Both the position numbers and the translations under genes were made by a program. A DNA stretch of 62,416 nucleotides, filler included, from Hausera hauseri (taxonomy: Eukaryota), in assembly GCA_046269625.1 (NCBI GenBank). It is 13 parts of 13 records of this genome, joined end to end, with 100 filler letters (N's around TTAATTAATTAA, not from the genome) between each part and the next. Parts side by side here need not be neighbours in the genome. Positions count along the whole stretch, not along the records: positions 11,550 to 15,570 come from JBJURY010813976.1; positions 15,671 to 19,696 come from JBJURY010809531.1; positions 19,797 to 24,287 come from JBJURY010556340.1; 10 more parts are not named here. One strand, given 5' to 3'. Below the pieces are notes generated by a model. That model was not told where the DNA came from, searched no databases, and was given only the letters and a program-made list of their open reading frames with translations. Positions 11,780-23,880 of the stretch are shown in pieces (positions within the stretch are counted from its first letter, which is position 1; the number at the start of each line of letters is the position of its first letter).

Positions 11780-12175
11780 TTTGCACACATCTCTGTGAGC
11801 ATGCGCGTGAGCATACTCACATGTCGCTCATGACTGCTCACATGTGTGCTCACATGTCATTCATAACTACTGACATGTCGCACATGCTTGCTCATATGCT
11901 GATCCTGTTCTCGACAACGTTTTACAGTGGACATTTAATCGTACTGTATTATTATTCATTACTGTATTATTATTATTCATTATCATTGATCATTATTTAT
12001 TACTTATATTATACTAATTACGTGTTTTGCGTAACGCGTAGCGTGGGAAAAAATTAATTTTTTTCCCACGCTCTACAGGCCATGTTCCGCTCGTCGAACA
12101 CTACACCTGGCCCGTACCGAGTCCTCCATACACGACCGTGGGAAAAAAATTGACTTTGTTCTCGATAACGCGTAA
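11780..12175. repeat. CACATG-rich degenerate tandem repeat plus a near-perfect palindrome
   Basis: Repeated (gct)cacatg(t) units at 11780-11900; AGCGTGGGAAAAAA-TTAA-TTTTTTTCCCACGCT at 12040-12072; arm repeated at about 12137-12150. Confidence 0.7.
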
Positions 12176-12428
12176 TCATCTACTCAGGGACACCAATAAG
12201 GGGTTCGACACTAGCAAAAGGCAAGACAGTTATATACACAAGGTCCATTAATTATTACAATAATATACACATAGTCATAGTCTATAGTATTGGGTTGATC
12301 ATATGAAGTCATAGTTTTGTTGGGATCACCGATCAATCGTTAATGTTCAAGATCATATATTTTGGAATTGAATTTGTTAAAATTTGTGACCTGGTCTTCT
12401 GTTTGGACTGATAGTTTGGGTGGTTCAG

Positions 12429-13879
12429 ATAACAAACCCTAATAGCCGCCCAATTTGTTTAAATGAACTCCAAAACAAAAAGTAGCTAAAACAACGTGTG
12501 GTCATTTATTTCGTTTCGATTGTATTTCCACATGGCTCATCACTAATCCAACATGCCCCTTGGACAGAAATGCTGTAGTGGACCTGTCCGTAATCAATAC
12601 CAATAATGAAATTGTATGGACAAAACCAGTTCGAAATATTGTCCTTAAACAAATAACAAAACCCATTTCTGTGATGCTGAAAGAATTTTATCAAATATCC
12701 ATGATCATCATTGATTCATCGATTGTAACAGTTACGAATTTCGAAGACATTTCTTTATTATTTCAAGAACAATCGGCCGTCGACATCGAACATTTCAACT
12801 CAATTATGAGATCATTAGCGCCAACTGCAGATATCCAGGGCACGAAATTAAACACACTACTAAATATAATCGATACCTCTGCAAATCAATTTCAGAAAAA
12901 CGTTGGCAGCTACATCCGAACTTACAATTATGACGTAATGAAATTTTATGAACCAATGTTTCTCATTAAAACAAGCAGTGTTTGCATGTTGAACATTGGT
13001 GCTTTAGTCGACACGTTTTTTTGTTTAAATATTGAAATATTCGATGGCTATGGGGAAATGTTGACTGAATTTTTAGACAATACCATAAAGAGTTTGAAAC
13101 AAAACGTTCAACTAATCAAACTGTTATCGTTTGAAATTCTACAGAGACTTTGTTCTAATGAATTGCTTTACAAATCGAGTAAAATTGATGACTGTCTGTT
13201 TTGCGGATTTCATATTGGTACTAAGAAGGAGAATGTTGTTGATTATACTGATATAGTTTGTGAAAATTGTCGAATCAGTTACCTTTTAGAAATAAGTCCA
13301 CCGAATTTGAATGAACAAAGTTGTACGGAAGAGCTTCAAGAATTAATAATAAGCGGTTTGAAATCAGCATTGCAATGTATTGAAAATTTGTCGAATACTC
13401 GGAAAACATTACACATAGCAAATTCGATAGATGAATGGGACAACTCAGATGAGGATCATATATCGATCGAATTTGAGTCCATAACGGATCTAACTACTCT
13501 GAACAGACATCAACTTTGTGACTTAATGAAGTTTATGAAATACTTATCTAATTACTTTCTGACTCTCACGAGAGACCCTTCGGGGTTCAGTGAAAATGTT
13601 CTATTAATTGATCTTTCAGTATGTGCTCGAAATATTTTCTGTTATTCAACACATTTCTTCTGTTATCTTTTGATGACGGAACGAATTCCGTTGGCGTATA
13701 TTCGACGTTTTATTTTCGAACTTTCTGTCGAATTTCAAGATATTGAAAATAAATTAGAATCAGTTGCTGATCATGTTTCATTTGGTCAAAATCTCGGTTT
13801 AATTCTGAATGATTTACAGAGAGTAACTGGAGTACTAACACAGGATGTTGATGAACTCAATAAAATTATTTTCTTTTGA
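12429..13879 (+). pseudogene. RING-finger protein (N-terminal RING, PHRF1/SCAF11-like) joined by a frameshift to a 439-codon open frame with a CxxC..CxxC motif
   Basis: Upstream of the tracked ORF: (R)PICLNELQNK /frameshift/ KVAKTTCGHLF(R)FDCISTWLITNPTCPLDRNAVVDLSV; later CLFC..x20..CENC. Confidence 0.65.
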
Positions 13880-14904
13880 TTTTTTTTTCTTTGAATGTCG
13901 AATTTTATATCATTTACCAAATTACTAACTTCGGTGACTTTAAAATATCCATTTAACTCGCTGTAGTCTCCAACATTCTTACAGTAATTTTCGGTAGAAA
14001 TATCATAATCGTGCAGCATATTGCGGAGACAATCTCGCGAAGGTAATAATGTTTCGTTTCAATTTTTCCACTCTGACGTAATCATGTAGATAAAATTACC
14101 AGGTAAACATTTTTCGTTAATTCATTCACACTGCTGCTGCTAAATTTGGAACTTTATATAAACAGCAGATCAATAATTATGATATGTATATAAAAAGACA
14201 GACATTAAATATATAGTTAATTATATAGTTTATAACGTATAATAATAGTTACACATCTGTATTGAATATTGATAATTGAAAACTATGCAACTATTGCAAT
14301 TCAGATTTGCTTTTATGCTGTGTCTTTTAACGTGTAGGACCTGTTACGAGATCATAGGAACGCATACATTGCTCACTTTTGTCTATAGTGAATATGGAAT
14401 ATTTTCAGATTATAAAATTATTTTACACTTTTTTACATCTTTAAATTTGAATTTTTGCACATCGCTCTTACAATTGGTCGCTCTTACAGAATTCTCATTC
14501 GCGTATATGGTAACAAAGATTGAAAAGGGAATGCACATCAGGCACTATCATAAAGTTGTAACTAGAACCATTGAATATGATTTATAGATATCAAGTGTAA
14601 ATCATTATAAATGTGCTATGATAGTACCTATGATGATACCCATTATAGTGAAAATGGATTCGTAAATATTACTGTCGTGGATGGGAAGATTAAAATTATC
14701 AAAAACCATTATGACATGGAAGTAACTTTTAAAAATCTGGGAGAATCTGTAGTACTGCGTTTTTTACAAATATATTTATATGGTAAAGAAATGGTTGCAG
14801 TCAACCGTTTACCACAGAATACATATAATCATCATTAGTATTAAACTTTATTCTGAAGAGGAAGTAGTGTGCAAATGTATGTTCTGTCTCACCCCTTCCA
14901 GAAG

Positions 14905-15570
14905 GGTGGTAATCGATAAATCAATTTTGCACATGTGCCAATCGGTAGTGCACATGGAGCGCTATCGATCGGTAGTGTGCTAGGCGTCGGTGCCGCTAGG
15001 CACCGTTGCTATGCACATTTTTGCACATTTCACAAATCTATCGATGCACAGAGCAGTATTGACCAAATCGATCGGGACAAAGTGCTAATCGATAGTGCTC
15101 ATAAGTGATCATCGATTGGTGCATAGTTCAGGTGTGCAGCACATGCGCAAGTGTGCAAAAATCATTAATATCGGATTTCCGATATTCCCAATATTGATTA
15201 TTTGCACCTGGCACCGGTGCAATCGGTAGCACACATGATGGACTGTGTGTATGCGCAGTTAGAATTTAAATATATTGATTGGTTTTCGATAAAATGTCAA
15301 CTGAGTCAGAACATAACTAGGCCTTTCCGGTATAAATTGAAAATCAATAATACCAATATGGCACATATACTGGCAGGTGCAGTACTTGATGTACTATCGT
15401 TCAGTGCACTACTCGAGTCATGCGTGCTCTTGGATACGGCTGCGAAGGAACTTTTTCACTTTTCACATTTTGGTCACTGTGCAGTGTAGGATTGATGGAA
15501 TCGATCGGGGTCAAGTGCATGTAGGTAGAGCACATCGAGATGCACCTTGATATATACTGTGCAGTGCAAA
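14905..15570 (+). repeat. Palindrome-rich repeat with dense ATCGAT/GTGCAC/TGTGCA motifs; same family as 5811-5940
   Basis: First about 130 nt are the reverse complement of 5811-5937; the motif density continues to the contig end. Confidence 0.7.
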
Positions 15571-16296
15571 NNNNNNNNNNNNNNNNNNNNNNNNNNNNNN
15601 NNNNNNNNNNNNNNTTAATTAATTAANNNNNNNNNNNNNNNNNNNNNNNNNNNNNNNNNNNNNNNNNNNNTGTGCATAACCCCAGACAGCCTAGAGAACC
15701 GGCGTTTCTCACTGTCCGTTCCCTTCCCTTTGATCGTTCCGCCTTGAGTGACATAGACCACCTTCAATTCAATGTAAAGAACACATGGTTGGTCACAGAT
15801 AATGAACAGTAAACATCTCTTCGACAATTGCAGTCACTTATATTATTCGTTATGAGTTGTTATGCAAATATTATAATCTACATGTACAAACAAATCATGT
15901 TTGTCAATTGAAGTTCAAAGTTCACGTATCTGAATCGCATGCGTAAGAGAAGCTAGTAAACGCTCGCCTCACAAACACGTGTGCACTCGAACACAACTGA
16001 GTTTAATGCGTTCCTAATTCAACAATTTGTTTAAATAAAGGAGACAAATAAGACAGAGGACTGGTATATTCTTTTCAGAACACAGAAATGTAATACTAGT
16101 ATGTCTATAATATTAATAATAATAAGGCCCTAGGGTGATGCAGAGGTAAATTATGCTAGTCCACCCCACTACCACTGGGATCGGGGGAGTGAATTCCTAG
16201 TGGTGCTATTAATCGTCAATTATGGTCTACATACACACAAGGATGTATTGCACCCAGTTCAAGCCAGATTGATTCCAGAATAAACTGGTAGTACAA

Positions 16297-16437
16297 TTGG
16301 ACTTGCAGGATGAAACTGGAGCAGCTGGAAGAAAGACAAACTCTACACAGAAAAGCCCAACTGGGAGTTGAAACTGTGAACTTCACGGTGCGAAGCGGCA
16401 GTCCTCATCAACGTTTCCACTGTTGACCGTCTGCCCC
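16297..16437 (-). mobile_element. tRNA-derived SINE fragment with a V-domain-like core
   Basis: Minus strand: GGGGCAGACGGTCAACAGTGG (A-box-like)...AGTTTCAACTCCC (B-box-like), then CTGTGTAGAGTTTG..TTTCTTCCAGCTGCTCCAGTTTCATCCTGCAAGTCCAA, resembling the V-SINE core as I remember it. Confidence 0.5.
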
Positions 16438-16449
16438 ATAAACACAAAA

Positions 16450-18070
16450 ACATAACATATAACTTTAAAATTTACCATATATCAGGAAAAGACAATTTAA
16501 TAGCTGACTTCCTATCACGGTCAGTTGGAGCAATTAGCGTCACACCAATATTTTCAAAGAATCAGTTAATTCAAAACCCACCTGCCAACGAAATCCTGAA
16601 ACAATATAGATCCGTGCAAATCACCGAAGGAATAGCCATGGATACTTCGACACCTGGACAACATTTGCCAATTTTAGCACCTCCTCTTCAACAAACTACA
16701 TTTCAACATGTTCATTCTTTGCATCACCCAGGTTTCAAGGCCACATTCCGCCTTCTCAAACGTCACGTAACATGGCCATCAATGAGATCTGACGTACAGA
16801 GTTGGGTTAGGCAATGCGTAGCTTGCCAAAAGTTCAAAGTTGCTAAATATCTTAAACCACCATTATTTCACTTCCCATGTACATCCCGTTTTGAGTCAGT
16901 TCATATAGATATCGTTGTCCCATTACCTTCTGATAACGTCCACCAATTCATCTTAACAATTATGGACCGCGCGTGTTGTTGGCCTAAAGCCGTCCCTTTA
17001 CACTCCATCAATATAGACTCCATTGCTAACGCATTCATAAGGATCTGGATTAGCCGATTCGGTTCACCTCGCTATATAATTACAGACCAAGGTCCTCACT
17101 TTGAATCGAACCTATTTAAGTCTCTAGTTAATCGACTGGGCATAATCACATACATACAACTCCATACCATTCCAGTCGAACGGCTTATTGGAACGCTTTC
17201 ATCGCACTCTCAAAATCTCGTTAAAAATCTTGGCCGAAACTCATAAGAATTGGACAACCATCCACGTTTTTGTTTTACTTGGGTGGCGCAACACGCCGTC
17301 TACTACCACCGAATGCGCACCCGCTAAAGCATTTTTTGGTACCACAATTCGTGCAGTATTCGAACTCACCGATCTGGACAACACACAAACTGACGAAACT
17401 ATTAGGTCCGCAAAAAATCACTTCGTTCAGTTAAGTCAGGATTCTTTCTACAAGATAGTACATGGCGATAAAACATATTTACCTGATTCACTATTCAACG
17501 AAAAATTCGTTTGGCCAAAAACCCTTCACCTGCAGGAGTCCAACCAAACTATTTAGAACCATTTAAGGTTCTCAACCTAAGTTTACACACGGCTACAATA
17601 CTCAAATACGATAAAGAGCAAAAGGTACACATAACTAACGTAAAACCTGCATTCTTCGTAGTTGATACACCGGAATCTTCAGCTGAATCCACTGAAAACT
17701 TTCTTGATTCTTTCAATTCTTCTCTCATTCCACCTGCAAGACAACCTGCTACACCAAAACCTGCATCAACTCAAAACATTACATTAAACGATATACCGAC
17801 CTGTTATCAAGCTACTGACATGTCCAATCAAAATCTAACGTCATCTCAACAGACAATTAAACAGCACATTAAACAAAGCAAGACAGTTACCTTCAACAAA
17901 TACAACAGTGAACAAAATATCGATAAGCTTCAACGTCTTGTCCATACAAAGACGCAATAACTACTTTAACTATTTCTTCCACGTTCCATTATTCCATCTA
18001 CACTCCTCTGTTTTGTCTTCTTACTTTCTTTACATTAATACAGTGTCATCTCCGTAACAGGAGGTAGTGT
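16450..18070 (+). pseudogene. Ty3/gypsy RH end + integrase (CHCC-Gag family) with PPT-like AGGAGGTAG before TGTGGTG
   Basis: YHISGKDNLIADFLSR; HSLHHPG..CVACQ; HIDIV..ITDQG..ERFHRTLK (ORFs 16614..17246, 17188..17556, 17511..17960). Confidence 0.9.
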
Positions 18071-18106
18071 GGTGACGCGGACTAGGGTGCCACCACAATC
18101 CACTAG

Positions 18107-18766
18107 GAACAGATTTACGACGATTTTAAAAGGCCGAACGAAATCTAAATGTTGCCGGTTATGTACATTTGTTGTACTTGGTAACGCCGTACGAATCTGT
18201 TGAGTCAGTGCAGGTCAATGCCTATACGTTATCGATACGTATGAATGCACTAAAAGGAAATGAGAAGAACATTATGGAACATATCAGGTTCAATGAAGCT
18301 GACTTATCGCGATTGTACAAGGCAATATGTATAAGAATGAGAAATTATTCATACTCAAGAGATTTTACATCACGTTAGTCTTACACGACCCCGGAATCAA
18401 ACACGTCTTGCAAAAATCTCAGCAACGTACGATTTGGACCTAGGTCGAATTCAGTCTCTTTTTTAATCTGCCGCTGCGTTTTCTGCGTGTCTTTCTAATT
18501 TTGTCAAAGAATTCACCGATGAACTCAGGCCGTTTAAGAAACTGCTCACGGAATTCATTGTTCACATTCCGTTCCGTGTTTCTCCCGAATTGATACCGCT
18601 TATGTCAAATAATGGAGTGAAGAAGGGTAGAGCACAGCACTTGTATAAAGCTGGTTATACGAGTGTCACGAAAATTGCATCGAGCAATGTTGCCTAAATC
18701 GTCAAGGCATTATCCCCAATTTCCCGTAAATCCGTATTACAGATTATCGTATCTGCAAAAATGTAG
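18107..18766 (+). pseudogene. HELQ: HELQ (Mus301/Hel308-type helicase) C-terminal fragment, disrupted
   Basis: HLLYLVTPY...KRFYITLVL...GRIQSLF*SAAAFSACLSNF..ELIPLM..GVKKGRAQHLYKAGYTSVTKIASSN...ISRKSVLQIIVSAKM matches the HELQ C-terminal and HhH region. Confidence 0.85.
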
Positions 18767-19235
18767 GATTCCCCAATTCGTAACGAAATCAAAGATTCCA
18801 TTAATGGGTTTTCACCGCTGAAGATGTTGAAACCGGACAAAACAGTTAGTAGTAGTACACTATTTAAACAACGGAACATTAATCTCAAATCAACTTCCAG
18901 ACACGATGACAGTCGCGCCACGTTTCTTTCATATCTATCCGATATAAAATAGAATGTGTTATTTTGTAGAATTGGTTGCGTGTCGTGTTAGGAGTCACTT
19001 TTATAATTGTTCAGATTTTTACGATATTAAATTGTTTTCAGTTAAAAAAAATAATAAAATTGTATGGAGATTGATTAAATATAATAATTGATGTTAAAGC
19101 TTTTGAATTTGAATAAAATTTTTTGTCATACATAGTTTCTGACTTCTCTAACGGAATTATTTATACACAAATTTTCTCCTAAATATCAGATTAATAACAC
19201 TATGTATCGTTCCATTTTCTCAAAGAGAAAAGAAA

Positions 19236-19696
19236 TTGTATGTGAGATCTATAAATACATGCATAATTATATTCCCGTCACAAGAATCTTCTGATACTTG
19301 GAGTTTCGCAACCCCAAAGAAAAGTGCAGTGCCGATCGGCAGCTATTATGAAATAAAATCGGATTATGAATTTACCCATACAGAAATTCCAAAAACATCT
19401 TTACAAATGAACGCCACATTAGTACATGGCTATACATGGAACAAGCATATAATTCGAGGAATTGTACCACTGGACAATAGTCAGAAGGTTGTGAATCATC
19501 TTACCTCCACGTGTGGAAATATATTTACGAATGTTGCAGCATCAAATAACATTCTGTCATTCACATTCAAAGATGATGTTGAGCAAGTTATTTTTGATAC
19601 TCAACTAGCTCGGGTATTAGGCTTTACCAAGACTGAATTCACGAACAAGGAAAGAAATAAAGGTGTGTTTCCAATTAAATTGAACAAGGCATTTAA
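19236..19696 (+). pseudogene. Polinton minor capsid (penton/PX)-like fragment, cut by the contig end
   Basis: IIFPSQESS...SDYEFTHTEI resembles LPSNSS..GxWEVALxEI; FDTQLARVLGF...GVFPIKLN resembles the LAxxLGF..PxDLN pattern. Confidence 0.55.
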
Positions 19697-19914
19697 NNNN
19701 NNNNNNNNNNNNNNNNNNNNNNNNNNNNNNNNNNNNNNNNTTAATTAATTAANNNNNNNNNNNNNNNNNNNNNNNNNNNNNNNNNNNNNNNNNNNNATGA
19801 TGGAATATCCTGACAACGACAGATCGGGTTATTCCACCATCAAACAAAGAATTGGTTCAAATTTCGAACAATATTTTCTTTTAGAATTGACCCTTACCTT
19901 GTATTTTTTTCAGA

Positions 19915-21655
19915 ATGGTAAGTACGAACAGCCGACCTAGGATCGACAATTTCCTACAACAATATGGAACAGTTCTCATTCCGAAATCAAAAGGGCTATA
20001 TAGGAGGATAAACGATGCGTTACGAGCAGAGACACATATTGAATATCGAAAGGTGGTTAAAATACCCAATGACATTAATGGAACTACTGAAGAAAATCAT
20101 ACAGTCTGGTTATACGCCATGGGTGAAAATAATGAAGCCAGATCCTATGAACTCAAGGAAATGATTAAAAGCAAAGTCACCCAAATAGAAGGAATATTTA
20201 TCCACCTAGCAGATGGTGAAATTTACTACCGAATAAAGAGCCAGCAATGGGATGGTAATGAAGGGCGCCAATACCGATTCAGCACATTCAAAATAAGCGG
20301 ATAAGGTCTAGAAGCCATCGATTATGGATTAGAATTTCGAGTGGCCGCATTATCGGTTAAATTGATGTTCGAAGTAGCCTATAAAGAGAGCTGAAACTTA
20401 GGCTTGCCAGTTCTACAGTTCGAACAAACGCCAACCGAGGATGAAATATATGAGCATTTGCAATCATACAAGTTAGTCCAAGACGGTCGTAATATAAGGA
20501 TCCTAGCTACAAACTATGGTAGAGGAGACGATGGATATGGAATATCGATCGAAGTATCTATTCGAGAAAGAGACTGATCCGAGTTATACGCAACCATCAT
20601 AAACTCTAGGAAGCACGTCCAGGAGTCACACGCGGAAGTAATTGGCCTAAGGAAAGATCAATGGAAAGGATATCTTAAAAGTCCGTTTGGAGTTAGAACA
20701 TTGCCTTTACGGATGTATGGTAACTAAATACAATGTCAAAAGAGAAATCAAGCTATTAGGGATATCCGATGCAAACATTGCCGGACTTAGGGAAATAGCT
20801 ACTCATCCAGTAGTTCAAAAACGAATGGAGAAAATAATGCAAGGAAGAAACCGACCAACCGCGCCAGAAGCCTTCTTTAAAATAACCGTTGAAGCAATGA
20901 GCGACAGCCCCAGTAAAATTCCGAGACTTTTGACAGCCAGTTAGCGTTCTCAATATTTACAGAAAATTTATATAACGCTAAAATGGGAACACGAATGGGC
21001 CTCTAGAAATCCCATATACAATCTGCGGAGCTCCATAAATCCTGAACGAAATGACGGTAAATGTAGAAGGTACAAAACATCCTACTCCCCGATGAAAACC
21101 AATCAACCAGCAGACAAACCCGGCTTAAAAATTTCAGTAACGAAACCGAAACCAGAAGACAGAACAAGATTACATGTAATCAAAGAGAAAGAAAAGTCAA
21201 TTCAAGGGACCTCAAAAACCCCAGAAGAACAAAGAGAGGAAGAAACGCCAGAAACAATAGTTAAGAAGATGAAAATGGAAGAGAAAGCCCAAACCAGAAA
21301 AACAATATCCATTTACAACTATCTATTTAAAAAACACAAAGCAGATGAACGACAGAGGACGGGAAACCAGCAGAATCAGCCGAGCACCTCTCAGAATACA
21401 GAGAAAATTAAAAAGGGAATTAGGAATCCTATTATAACAGAAATTAACGCCTTAATAGGGAAAAGGAAGAAGGAGAACACACATTTCAAAACAGATCAAG
21501 ATTTTCTCCGAATGTTGGTTACCACCGAGTATTACAGTAAGAAAATAATTAAGGAGGCCATGTTTTTCATAAAACTTGCCCCAGCCAGAGAAGTATTCGA
21601 GAATACCTACATATGGGAAAACACTAAACTTGGAACCTACCTTACGTCAATTTAG
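19915..21655 (+). pseudogene. Unidentified disrupted coding region (A-rich, Lys/Glu-rich), possibly a retroelement ORF1/gag
   Basis: Same-strand ORF pieces 19915..20304, 20687..20944 and 21092..21655 with purine-rich coding bias; no diagnostic motif. Confidence 0.3.
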
Positions 21656-21829
21656 TTTGAGAAATGTGAAAAATTTAAAAACTAATCAATACATAATATA
21701 ATTAATTTCACTAAAATTTAAATAAACTACATTTTATTGTTGGAAAATACAACTATAATGGTAAAGGAATTAATAAGTGTTTAAATTTGTTAGCTGTGTT
21801 TGGTAAATATTTTAAAATTAAGTCTTTAA

Positions 21830-22648
21830 CGGAAATGATCATCTCCTATCATTTGAACCACTCAAAAGCAGACAACGTGAAGAAGTTCGCTGGCATTGAA
21901 ATGACAGGACAAGGTGGTTACAAGGTTATCAAACGTTATAAAGAAAGGCGAACAGTAATGAGAAAGCCTGGAAGTGGTAGAAAATTTTCTAAAATTCCTG
22001 AAAGCCGTTGTAAACACCTTGTTTCTGCTGCCATCGGAAAGACAGACCAAAGCTTTCGAAAGCTTGGAAGGAAATTTAATATTTTCAAGACACGTGTGTC
22101 GAGAATACATCAGAACGAGAAAATCATCAATCAAAAACATTGTTCTTGATGAGCTACGCTTGAAATAATGCCAGAAATTTTGCCGCAAAATCTTAATTTG
22201 GGCTGCCGTTTCCAAGCGTGGAATTTCTTCTTTGTTGATTCGCAAGTCCAATTTACTTGCTCTCAATTCTGCTATTTACGAGAATGAATGGTCAAAAATG
22301 CATTTATTACCACTTCTCTTCACTGTCTATCCCAAAGGACATTACATCTTTTGGCCTGACATAACCTTGTGTCACTATACCTGTGCTACATTGGAGTGGT
22401 TGGAAAGCAAGAAGATACCATTCATTCCCAAAGAGAAAAATCCACATTGTGCACCACAGATCCGCCCAATTGGGTGCTTCTGGGCCCACCTTAAGTTGAA
22501 GGCGTATGATAATGGCTGGACTGCCGAAAATGAGACGCAACTTGCACAAATAATCAAACAGAAAGCAAAAACTTTCCGCCAATTTACTTCAAAAATCTAT
22601 TCCTCCACTTCAAAGAAAAGACGTTCTGTTGTGCTAAAAACGGCCTGA
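21830..22648 (+). mobile_element. Degenerate IS630-Tc1-mariner transposase of DD37E type
   Basis: RKPGSGR HTH linker, IVLDE, ILIWAAVSKRG, FWPD-x37-(E>G) with CHY and NPxxxPQIRPI.FW; internal deletion. Confidence 0.85.
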
Positions 22649-22799
22649 ACTCTATAATTTGATTGTCATTTTACTTACCGGGGGTATTATTTAATTTTTC
22701 TCTGAAGTTCCGTTGCTACACCTTTTTGAATTAAATAATTGGAACACTTTCTTTTGTTGTAAACTTTTTCAGGGGCACATGTTATATTGACGAATGTAA

Positions 22800-23880
22800 T
22801 GAGATAAGTGCTGTCTGCTTGGATAAAATACGGCAATAGCACTGTATGGAAAGACCAATTGCAATATTGGACTTGAGTGAAGTTTACATGCAGATTAAGG
22901 TGGATCCATCGATGTGACCGCACCAGACTGTCATACACAAGGGTCAGCGTTTTCTGTTAACCAGGATGGGTTTTGCACTCAACATTGCTGCAGTGGTGAT
23001 GGTCAACATAGTCCAAAACGTTTTAGATATGAGAAACGATATTACAGACGCTACGGATGCATACATTGATGGTATTGTAGTTGATGGAGGCAAAATTACA
23101 GTGGGGGAAGTTCAAAAACAACTAAGTAAATATAAGCTGAAAACAAAAGAATCAGAAAGGATTGTGGATGGTGGGGAACTGAAATCTTTCAAAAGGAAGA
23201 TCGATTGACGTGAATAGCTAACTGTTTATCAGATATACTGGAAACTGATGAAAAGCTTACCAATCGCAAACTATTTTCAATTTGTAGACAGCTTATAGGA
23301 ATTTATACGGTTCGTGGATGGTTAAGGATTGCTTGTGCAATGTTGAAGAGATTATTCAAAGGAAAATGGGAGGATCCAATTGAAAGCAAGGTAAAGAAAC
23401 TTCTAGATGGGGTTTGGGGGATTGGGAGTGTGGAAGTTGGGAATCTTTACAAGTTTGATGTGATGTGAGTTCAATGGCCATAGAAGTCGTTGTTGAATCT
23501 GATGGAAACATATCAGAAGATGCTGCATGACAGAGAAACGACAGCGACTGCCAGCACATAAGCTTGGCTGAGCCAGAAGCAATTGTGAAAGCTTTAAATA
23601 TGGCGTTAAAGTGGAATGCCAAAAATATTACAATTTTTTGTGACAGCGAGGCGGTTATCGGTTAGGTTAGAGAGTTATTATCAAACCACAAGCGTGTTAA
23701 AATGTCCGCAGCTTCGGCGATGCTGATCTGTCGTAGGTTGCAATTAATTCGGGATACAGTTCAAGAGTTTGATTTAAAGTTGGATATTAAGTTAGTTAAA
23801 TCAGAACATAATCCAGCAAATAAATTGACAAGAGTACCGACGCACTTACGTAAGAAATTGCGAGTCCAGAATCGCGTTGT
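22800..23880 (+). pseudogene. LTR-type RT + RNase H fragment of a second, unrelated family
   Basis: ILDLSEVYMQI...LTRMGFALNIAAVVM...AYIDGIVV (YxDD decayed); CDVSSMAI..EDAA*..HISLAEPEAIVKALNMALKW..FCDS..NPANKLTRVP. Confidence 0.8.

Noticed and set aside
11780-11900. CACATG repeats (and 14905-15570) as a CRISPR-like array
   Set aside because: No constant repeat with unique spacers, no cas genes, eukaryotic context
16370-16437. Possible tRNA gene
   Set aside because: Only degenerate A/B boxes and no full cloverleaf; better explained as a SINE head
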